From NCBI GenBank assembly GCA_036946405.1, contig JAQIJC010000001.1:3604609-3668608 (forward strand): a DNA stretch of 64,000 nt. Reading direction: 5' to 3'. A program made the translations under genes and the position numbers. Numbering within the stretch: position 1 is the stretch's first letter; each line of letters opens with the position of its first letter. Below the pieces are notes generated by a model. It had not been told where the DNA came from. It saw only the letters and a program-made list of their open reading frames with translations, and searched no databases. Of the stretch, positions 57,720-64,000 are shown in pieces. The DNA comes from Sphingomonas phyllosphaerae. GTDB taxonomy: Bacteria; Pseudomonadota; Alphaproteobacteria; Sphingomonadales; Sphingomonadaceae.

Positions 57720-59135
57720 TCATGCCGCCACCTCGCGCGCGACCGTCACGTCGTCGAACGGCAGCACGAGGTCGCCGACGATCTGTCCCTGCTCATGTCC
57801 CTTACCCGCGATCAGCACGATATCCCCCGCGCGCGCCTCCGCGACCGCCGCGGCGATCGCGGCGCGGCGGTCGCCGATCTCGCGCGCGCCGCGCGCACCT
57901 TCGAGGACCGCGCGGCGGATCGTCGCCGCGTCTTCGGTGCGCGGATTGTCATCGGTGACGATTACCACGTCGGCGCTCGCCACCGCGACCTGCCCCATCG
58001 GCACGCGCTTACCCGCGTCGCGGTCGCCGCCCGCGCCGAACACGAGGATCAGCCGCCCCTCGACATGCGGGCGCAGCGCTGCGCACGCCGCCTCGATCGC
58101 GTCCGGAGTGTGCGCATAATCGACATAGACCGGCACCCCGCCCGCGGTGATCGCGGCGCGCTCCAGCCGCCCGCGCACCGGCTGCAACCGCGCCAGCCCG
58201 GCGAGCGTCTGCGCGACATCGCCCCCGGTCGCAATCACCAGCCCCGCGGCGACCAGCGCGTTGGCGGCCTGATACCCGCCGATCAGCGGCAACGTGACAC
58301 GGTGGTCAACGCCGTCCGCCCGGATTGTCAATCCCTGCCCCAGCAAGGTCGGATCGCGCGCGATCAGCCGCAGGTCGTCGCCATGTTCGCCGACCGTGAA
58401 GACGCGGTTGCCGCGCTCGCGCGCGATATCGATCACACGTTCGGAGTTCGGATCGTCGACCCACACCACCGCAGTGCCGCCATCGGCCAGCACCTGCGCG
58501 AACAGCCGCAGCTTGGCGGTGAAATAGGCCGCCATATCGCCGTGATAGTCGAGATGGTCGCGGCTGAGATTGGTGAACGCCGCCGCACGCACCGGCAGTC
58601 CTTCGGTGCGATACTGGCTGAGCCCGTGGCTCGACGCCTCGAACGCCACATGCGTCACGCCTTCGCGCGCCAGCCCGGCGACGTTCGACAGGAAGGTGAC
58701 GACATCGGGCGTGGTCAGCCCGGTCACGACGCGCTCGTCGGCGGTGGCGACGCCCAGCGTACCGATCGACGCGGCATGATGCCCCGCCATCCGCCACAAT
58801 TGCCGCGTCATCTCGACCGTCGAGGTCTTGCCGTTGGTGCCGGTGACCGCCACCGCCGTCTCCGGGAACGGCGCGAAGAACCGTGCCGCCAGCCGCGCGA
58901 AGGTCTCGCGCGGATTATAGTCGCGGATGTGGAGCGCCCCTTCGACGCGCACGCCGGGCCGCGCGACGACCGCGACCGCGCCGGCCTCGATCGCGGCCGG
59001 GATGAAGTCCTCGCCGTTCACCCGCGCACCTTCGAACGCGCCGAAGATCGTCCCCGGCGCGACCTTGCGGTGATCGATCGCGAATCCCGTGATCGCCTGC
59101 TCGCCGCCGTGCTCGACCAGTTGCGACAGCTTCAT
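57720..59135 (-). CDS. murE: UDP-N-acetylmuramoyl-L-alanyl-D-glutamate--2,6-diaminopimelate ligase
   Basis: ORF 57720..59489 trimmed to ATG 59135 (MKLSQLVEHGG...). VTGTNGKTST...DYAHTPDA...GAGGDRDAGKR. Confidence 0.95.
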   Translation of the reverse strand: MKLSQLVEHGGEQAITGFAIDHRKVAPGTIFGAFEGARVNGEDFIPAAIEAGAVAVVARPGVRVEGALHIRDYNPRETFARLAARFFAPFPETAVAVTGTNGKTSTVEMTRQLWRMAGHHAASIGTLGVATADERVVTGLTTPDVVTFLSNVAGLAREGVTHVAFEASSHGLSQYRTEGLPVRAAAFTNLSRDHLDYHGDMAAYFTAKLRLFAQVLADGGTAVVWVDDPNSERVIDIARERGNRVFTVGEHGDDLRLIARDPTLLGQGLTIRADGVDHRVTLPLIGGYQAANALVAAGLVIATGGDVAQTLAGLARLQPVRGRLERAAITAGGVPVYVDYAHTPDAIEAACAALRPHVEGRLILVFGAGGDRDAGKRVPMGQVAVASADVVIVTDDNPRTEDAATIRRAVLEGARGAREIGDRRAAIAAAVAEARAGDIVLIAGKGHEQGQIVGDLVLPFDDVTVAREVAA

Positions 59136-59145
59136 GCCACGCCCC

Positions 59146-60861
59146 TCACTGCCCGCCGCTCTTCGGCGCGCGATCGGGATCCTCCCACAAGGTCGGCACG
59201 ATGTCCGACACGTCGATGTCGTGATGATCGTCGGGGGTGACGCCCAGGATCGCGCCGACGCGCGAGATCGTGCGCCCGACCACCGGCGCGACGTTCCACG
59301 CGGCGGTCTTCCACCCAAAGGTTTCCTTCGTACCGAGCGGCGAGTCGAGCATCGCGACCACCACATAGCGCGGCGCGTCCATCGGGAAAGCCGCCGCGAA
59401 GGTCGCGACGTTGCGCGACCGGTCGTAGCCGCCCGCGACCGCCGCCTCGGCGGTGCCGGTCTTGCCGCCGACCCGGTAGCCCGGCGCATCGCCCTTGCGC
59501 CCGGTGCCGCGCAGCACGATCAGCCGCAGCATCTGGCGCATCCGCGCGCTGGTCGCCTCGCTGATGACGCGCCGGCCCGCGACCTCATGCCCCGGCTGCA
59601 CCTTGAGCAAGGTCGCCGGACGCCACGTTCCGCCATTGACCAGCGCGGCATAGGCGTTGGCCAAGTGCAGCGGCGTCACCGCGATGCCGTGCCCGTACGC
59701 GGTGGTCATCGTCGTGGTGCGCGCCCAGAAGGTCGGCCACAACGGCCGGCCCTTCTCGCGGATCTCGATATCGGGGCGGGTGTCGAAGCCGAGCTTGCGG
59801 AACATCTTCTGCATCCGCTCCGGCCCGACCTCGTCGGCGACGCGCGCGGTGGCGACGTTCGAGGAATAGATCAGCGTTTCCGCCATGTTGAGCCAGCGTT
59901 TCGGATCGCCGCGCTCGTCGTGGATCGTGAAGCGCCCGACCTGCAACGGATGCGTCGCGTCGAAGCGCCGCTCCATCGAGGTGACGACACCATTGTCGAT
60001 CGCCGCCGCCATCGTGATCGGCTTGAAGGTCGAACCCAGTTCGAACACGCTCTGCGTGGTGATGTTGCGAAGCTGCTCGGTGCCCGACATGCCGACGCGG
60101 TTCGGGTTGAAGGTCGGCAGCGACACCATCGCCACCACCTCGCCGGTATGCGCATCGAGCACGATCCCGCCGCCGCCGCGCGCGGAGAACGTCGTCATCG
60201 CGCGACCCAGCTCGCTTTCCATCGCCGCCTGGACGCGCGTGTCGATCGACAGCGTCACCGGCTGGTTGATCGTCGCGGGATTGGTCAGCCGTTCGTCGAG
60301 CGCGCGCTCGATCCCGCTCATCCCGTGCCCGCCGCTGATGAAGCCCAGCACATGCGCGCCGAGCGTCGATTGCGGATACAGCCGCTGCGTCTCGCGCTCG
60401 AAGACGATGCCGGGCTCGCCGATCGCATTGACCGCCTCGACCAGCGCCGGGCTGGCGCGGCGGTTGAGATAGGTGAAGCTGACCGGGCGCGTGATCTGCG
60501 CATAGAACCACGCCTGATCGCCGCGATCGGGCATCAGGTCGGCGAGCTTCTGCGCGATCTGCGACGGATCGCCGAGCAGCTTCTTGGGGTGGACGCCGAT
60601 CGTCCAGGCGTCGATCGTGCGCGCGAGCGGCGCGCCGTTGCGATCGACGATATCGCCGCGCGGCGCGGCCAGCACCGGCGCGGTGCCGCGCTCGCCACCC
60701 TCGGTCAGCCCGAGCATCGCCAGCCGCCCGATCACGATCAGCACCGCCGCCGCGAACAGCAGCATCAGCATCATCAGGCGAAGATGTTGCGTCGCCAGCA
60801 ATTGCTGGCGCTGGTCGCCCGAGCGGCCGGCACGAAGGGGTCGGGCGACCAGCGTGGTCAC
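59146..60861 (-). CDS. ftsI: penicillin-binding protein 3-type peptidoglycan D,D-transpeptidase
   Basis: N-terminal TM segment LMMLMLLFAAAVLIVIG. Motifs ELGSTFKP (SxxK), YSSN (SxN) and GKTGTA (KTG). GTG 60861 overlaps the ftsL TGA. Confidence 0.95.
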   Translation of the reverse strand: MTTLVARPLRAGRSGDQRQQLLATQHLRLMMLMLLFAAAVLIVIGRLAMLGLTEGGERGTAPVLAAPRGDIVDRNGAPLARTIDAWTIGVHPKKLLGDPSQIAQKLADLMPDRGDQAWFYAQITRPVSFTYLNRRASPALVEAVNAIGEPGIVFERETQRLYPQSTLGAHVLGFISGGHGMSGIERALDERLTNPATINQPVTLSIDTRVQAAMESELGRAMTTFSARGGGGIVLDAHTGEVVAMVSLPTFNPNRVGMSGTEQLRNITTQSVFELGSTFKPITMAAAIDNGVVTSMERRFDATHPLQVGRFTIHDERGDPKRWLNMAETLIYSSNVATARVADEVGPERMQKMFRKLGFDTRPDIEIREKGRPLWPTFWARTTTMTTAYGHGIAVTPLHLANAYAALVNGGTWRPATLLKVQPGHEVAGRRVISEATSARMRQMLRLIVLRGTGRKGDAPGYRVGGKTGTAEAAVAGGYDRSRNVATFAAAFPMDAPRYVVVAMLDSPLGTKETFGWKTAAWNVAPVVGRTISRVGAILGVTPDDHHDIDVSDIVPTLWEDPDRAPKSGGQ

Positions 60862-61469
60862 CGCAGGCGGCTCCGTTCGGCACGCGCGCCGCTCAGCAGG
60901 TCGCCCAGCGTATTGTCGCTGAGCAGCCCGCGATCGAGCATCGCGACCTTGGCGACCTTCACCGGCGCGGCGGCGGCACGCACCGCGACCTTGGTGACCG
61001 TGATCGGCGCGCTGGCAGCCGCGACCTGCACCGCAGCGACCTTCACGACAGCGGGCGCGGCGGTGGCGGTGCTGGCGGTGGCGACCGCAGGCGTGATGGC
61101 GGCGACCGGCGCGGCGGGGACGATCAGCTGCGCGGTCTGTACCTGCACGTCACGCCCCGGCACCGGCAGCCCCTGCACCGGCGACAATGCCGCCAGCGCA
61201 CGCTCGTCCGCGACGAATTGCTGCGCCGTCGGCACGGTCAGCGCCAGCGTGTTGCCGTTCCAGCGCTCGAGTTGCGCGAGGTTGGCGCGCACGTCGAACT
61301 CGGTTTCCAGCGCGCGGATGTCGCGCTCGGCGGACGCGATGCGACGGTCGACCTGCTCGACCCGCTTGCGCTCCGCCGCGACCTGCGACGAGACGAGGTA
61401 GAAGCCGATTGCCACGATCGCGCAGCCGGTCAGCCACCCGAAGCCCCTCAACCGATATATCGCCGCCAT
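60858..61469 (-). CDS. ftsL: FtsL-like cell division protein with Ala/Val-rich tail
   Basis: ORF 60858..61490 trimmed to ATG 61469 after GGAGG. TM segment FGWLTGCAIVAIGFYLVSS, then coiled coil ERKRVEQVDRRIASAERDIRALETEF. Position between rsmH and ftsI. Confidence 0.75.
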   Translation of the reverse strand: MAAIYRLRGFGWLTGCAIVAIGFYLVSSQVAAERKRVEQVDRRIASAERDIRALETEFDVRANLAQLERWNGNTLALTVPTAQQFVADERALAALSPVQGLPVPGRDVQVQTAQLIVPAAPVAAITPAVATASTATAAPAVVKVAAVQVAAASAPITVTKVAVRAAAAPVKVAKVAMLDRGLLSDNTLGDLLSGARAERSRLR

Positions 61470-61471
61470 CG

Positions 61472-62413
61472 TTACGCCTCCAAACGCCAAGGGGCCGCCC
61501 CGGTACGCCGGGCGGTGCGAAGTGTGGCGGAGCGGGCGCGCGGGTTCGCGGCCAGTTCCGCTTCGCCCGCGCGGATCGCACGGGCGGTGATTTCGAAAGT
61601 CGGTGCGCGCGTCGGCGCACTGACCGGCATGTGCCGCGAGCCGGCGGGTGCGGCACCCGACCGGTCGCGCAGGAAACGCTTGACGATGCGATCCTCCAGC
61701 GAGTGGAAGGTCACGATCGCCAGCCGCCCCCCGGGCTTGAGCACGCGCTCGGCGGCTTCCAGCCCTTGCGTCAGCTCGTCCAGCTCGCCGTTGATATGGA
61801 TGCGCACCGCCTGAAAGGCGCGGGTCGCAGGGTCCTTCTTGTCGTGCGGGCGATGGCCGAGCGCCTTACGGACCACGTTGGCGAACTGCGCGGTCGTGGT
61901 GAGCGGGCGCGCCGCCACCACCGCGCGCGCGATCCGCCGCGACTTGGGCTCCTCGCCATAGCGATAGAGCACGTCGGCGATCGCCTCTTCCTCGGCCTCG
62001 TTGAGGAAGTCGGCGGCGGACATACCTTCCTGGCTCATCCGCATGTCGAGCGGCCCGTCCGACTGGAACGAGAAGCCGCGCTGCGCCTGATCGAGCTGCA
62101 TCGACGACACGCCGATATCCATCGTCACGCCATCCACCGGCACCGCATCGCGCGCCGCCAGTTCCGATTCGAGCGCCGAGAAGGTGGCCGGCACGAGCGT
62201 CAGCGCCGCCTCTTCCTCCAGCGCGCGGCCGTTGGCGATCGCATCCGGATCGCGATCGAACGCGATCACCGCCGCGCCGGTCGCGAGGATCGCGCGGGTG
62301 TAGCCGCCGGCACCGAAGGTCGCGTCGACATGGCACTCGCCGGGGGCAGGGGCGAGCGCGGCGACGACGTCGTCGAGCAGCACGGGGATGTGCGGGGCGG
62401 CGGTGCTGCTCAT
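61472..62413 (-). CDS. rsmH: 16S rRNA (cytosine1402-N4)-methyltransferase
   Basis: [10 protein letters not shown]...[14 protein letters not shown]...[15 protein letters not shown]...SLEDRIVK. Confidence 0.95.
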   Translation of the reverse strand: MSSTAAPHIPVLLDDVVAALAPAPGECHVDATFGAGGYTRAILATGAAVIAFDRDPDAIANGRALEEEAALTLVPATFSALESELAARDAVPVDGVTMDIGVSSMQLDQAQRGFSFQSDGPLDMRMSQEGMSAADFLNEAEEEAIADVLYRYGEEPKSRRIARAVVAARPLTTTAQFANVVRKALGHRPHDKKDPATRAFQAVRIHINGELDELTQGLEAAERVLKPGGRLAIVTFHSLEDRIVKRFLRDRSGAAPAGSRHMPVSAPTRAPTFEITARAIRAGEAELAANPRARSATLRTARRTGAAPWRLEA

Positions 62414-62943
62414 GACAGGGAGATCCCCTTGTCCTCGCAGGTGAACTCGACATACTCCTTGAGGAACGGGTCGATGCCCGGCGTCTCGATCAGGACGTTG
62501 GGTGCCCAGATCGTGATCCAGTTGAACGCGCCGAGGAACACCGCTGCGCCCTGGATGCGGGCGTAACGGCGCTCGAACGTCGGCATGATGAAGCGGCCTG
62601 AGCCGTCGAAGGGCAGCGGCTCGGCGCCACCGGCGCGGTCGAGGATATTGTAATCGGTGCGCCCGCTCGTCGCGAACTGCGCGGCGTCGAGCGCCTCCAG
62701 CTTCGCCTTCCAGAACGGCACGAAGCCGGGATCATAGGCGATCAGGCAGCGATGTTCAGGGTGCGGCGCGATGATGACGGTGCCGCCGTCCTTGCCGTCC
62801 TCGCGCGGGGCATTCTTGGCGAGCGTCGCGCGCAGGGTGTTCGGAATCGCGACCCGGCCCTTGTCATCGACAAGACCAAGCCCCTTTCCCTGATAATCCA
62901 CCCTGTCGACCACGCCCACCTCGCACCCGGAGCGCACAACCAT
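62410..62943 (-). CDS. mraZ: division/cell wall cluster transcriptional regulator MraZ
   Basis: ORF 62410..62991 (TTG) trimmed to ATG 62943. Two SpoVT/AbrB-like halves with DDKGRVAIP and [10 protein letters not shown] later GTG start remains possible. Confidence 0.85.
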   Translation of the reverse strand: MVVRSGCEVGVVDRVDYQGKGLGLVDDKGRVAIPNTLRATLAKNAPREDGKDGGTVIIAPHPEHRCLIAYDPGFVPFWKAKLEALDAAQFATSGRTDYNILDRAGGAEPLPFDGSGRFIMPTFERRYARIQGAAVFLGAFNWITIWAPNVLIETPGIDPFLKEYVEFTCEDKGISLS

Positions 62944-63019
62944 CCTGCCCGGCGCACAGCCCTCGCCGCGCGCCGACGTTGCCGTCAGCAAACAACAGTG
63001 GTTCTGCCCCCAATGTCGT

Positions 63020-63078
63020 CGGGGATAGGTAACAGGGTTGATCGGGGAAGAGAAGGGATATTCGGGGAAATCCGGGGA
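63020..63078 (-). promoter_or_regulatory. 10-bp-phased TCCCCG repeat array upstream of mraZ (candidate MraZ operator)
   Basis: Gene strand: GATCCCCGGA TTTCCCCGAA TATCCCTTCT CTTCCCCGAT ... CTATCCCCGAC. The plus-strand CGGGGA boxes are at 63020, 63043, 63063 and 63073, with a degenerate one at 63053. Confidence 0.4.
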
Positions 63079-63347
63079 TCGTTCGCGGACCTCTTAGAAT
63101 TTGGCGCAAATCCAAGGCGGAGCGTGCGCGGGCCACTCCGAAACCGGCTTCGCGCGGGCGCCGTGAGGCATCGCAAACCCGGGATTTTCCGCATTCCGGC
63201 GCGCCGTCCCCGAATTTCCCCGACGACGATTCCGTCCCTCGACGGGCAAGCGACGGCCGAAGCGGAGGATGGAATGAGGGGGTCGCCCGCGATTCGGGGC
63301 GCGACACGACACGATGCCGGCCGCGGGCGCAGGCCGCGGCACCGTCG

Positions 63348-63704
63348 TCACAACATGCCGTTGGTCGAGGACGCGTCGGCAGCGGGTTGCGATGGCGCGG
63401 GCGATTCGACGGCCGACGGGGTCGGCGCGGCGCCGGGGGTCACGCCCATTTCGGCGAGCGGCTCGTTGGTCGGCGCGGCGGTGGGGGCAGAGGCCGGCGC
63501 GCTCATGTTCGCGACCAGTTCCGGTTGCGATGCACCGGTCGCGCTGACCGGTTGTTGCTGGTTCACCGAAGAAAAGATCGCGCTCGCCAGCCCGATCAGC
63601 AGCACGACCGCAGCGAGGCCGATCATCCCGACACGCACGCGCTGCCGGGTCTGTTCTGCCTGCTGCCGTTCGACGGCGGCCTTGTCTTTCGGAGGAGACT
63701 TCAT
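63348..63704 (-). CDS. hypothetical membrane-anchored low-complexity protein (118 aa)
   Basis: MKSPPKDKAAVERQQAEQTRQRVRVGMIGLAAVVLLIGLASAIF (one TM segment), then an Ala/Pro/Ser-rich tail. GC3-rich codons. No clear Shine-Dalgarno sequence. Confidence 0.5.
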   Translation of the reverse strand: MKSPPKDKAAVERQQAEQTRQRVRVGMIGLAAVVLLIGLASAIFSSVNQQQPVSATGASQPELVANMSAPASAPTAAPTNEPLAEMGVTPGAAPTPSAVESPAPSQPAADASSTNGML

Positions 63705-63743
63705 CGGTCGCGCATTTCTAACTGATCGTCGCGCGATTGTCGA

Positions 63744-64000
63744 TCAATTCGTTAACGCAGCGCCGCGCACCAATCCCTTCGATGCCAGCCAGGCGGGATC
63801 GTAGAGCGTCGACAGGTAGCGGAACCCGGTGTCGCACAGGATCGTCGCGATCCGCTTGCCAGGCCCCAGGTGCCGCGCGAGCCGCACCGCGCCTGCGACG
63901 TTGATCCCCGACGACAGCCCGAGGCACAGCCCTTCCTCGCGCAGCAGCCGGTCGGTCCAGTCCAGCCCTTCCTGATCGGGGATGCGGAATTGCGCGTCGA
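63744..64000 (-). CDS. PLP-dependent cysteine synthase family protein (C-terminal fragment, 5' end off the right window edge)
   Basis: Not in the ORF track. My translation reads ...DAQFRIPDQEGLDWTDRLLREEGLCLGLSSGINVAGAVRLARHLGPGKRIATILCDTGFRYLSTLYDPAWLASKGLVRGAALTN, ending at TGA 63744-63746. GxSSG and CDxGxRYLS are CysK/CysM-like. Confidence 0.75.
   Translation of the reverse strand, partial: DAQFRIPDQEGLDWTDRLLREEGLCLGLSSGINVAGAVRLARHLGPGKRIATILCDTGFRYLSTLYDPAWLASKGLVRGAALTN

Noticed and set aside
60858-61200. Ala/Val-rich tail of the FtsL-like protein considered as a coding tandem repeat
   Set aside because: I could find no clean nucleotide period. It looks like ordinary low-complexity sequence.
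41565-61401. Very long antisense ORFs (41565..43820, 52722..53819, 56168..57958, 57678..59240, 59089..61401 on the plus strand)
   Set aside because: Each lies opposite a dcw or SPOR gene with unmistakable motifs. The translations are Arg/Pro/Gly-rich low complexity. They are GC-driven open frames, not genes.
62944-62991. TTG-initiated 16-codon N-terminal extension of MraZ
   Set aside because: The extension (LTATSARGEGCAPGR) is not MraZ-like. ATG 62943, or a later GTG, gives a more typical distance to the first DxxGR motif.
1-64000. Searched for rRNA, tRNA, tmRNA, CRISPR arrays, integrases/transposases, prophage or classical defence genes (restriction-modification, toxin-antitoxin, Cas, abortive-infection types)
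   Set aside because: I could recognise none in any frame. Apart from the repeat layer and the small GIY-YIG gene, the window is housekeeping core genome.

Overview
Very GC-rich, gene-dense chromosomal segment. Gene content, synteny and repeat types look alphaproteobacterial, most likely Sphingomonadaceae (inference only, no search possible). Left to right:
- lactonase fragment, DUF2256, GATase1
- a probable phosphate-starvation island: Tat-PhoD, a Pho-box-like triple repeat, two tandem TonB-dependent receptors, Tat-GlpQ
- DUF6481-like gene and a methyltransferase, CzcD, prolyl oligopeptidase, nadA
- DUF4230, MBL hydrolase, a BlaI/BlaR1-like pair, a TPP enzyme
- scoA, e(P4)-type phosphatase, DUF5076, scoB, GST
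- leuC, leuD, QOR, DUF1476, bolA, grxD, exoD
- csbD with an EcfG-type promoter, fused thiS-thiG, aroQ, accB, accC
- a GIY-YIG gene, nagZ, mipA, SPOR gene and argS, dgt, TPR-SPOR gene
- a complete minus-strand dcw cluster: mraZ-rsmH-ftsL-ftsI-murE-murF-mraY-murD-ftsW-murG-murC-(66-codon ORF)-murB-ddl-ftsQ-ftsA-ftsZ

I found no rRNA, tRNA, CRISPR, prophage or recognisable defence island. This is mostly core genome.

The unusual layer is the repeats. At least six families of palindromic hairpin elements fill most intergenic gaps. Family names used below:
- A: GGGAATGACGG type
- B: GCGAGCGnAGCGAAGCAATC type
- C: CCCCGGrCTTGAyCCGGGG type
- D: CTGAGCyTGTCGAAG type
- E: CCCTCTCCCC..GGGGAGAGGG type
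- F: CCCCTGCnnnnGCAGGGG type

Main observations:
- One family C copy has a GIY-YIG nuclease gene exactly in its loop. I read this as a candidate autonomous element, analogous to REP/RAYT.
- Family E sits in frame inside murD and forms the 3' tail of murB.
- murC is split by a frameshift.
- A 268-bp MITE-like element with perfect 26-bp terminal inverted repeats fills the czcD/peptidase gap.
- A 10-bp-phased TCCCCG array lies upstream of mraZ.

The ORF track evidently accepts GTG/TTG starts and reports the longest ORFs, so many starts below were trimmed by me. All product calls rest on my recognition of motifs in the translations, not on database hits.
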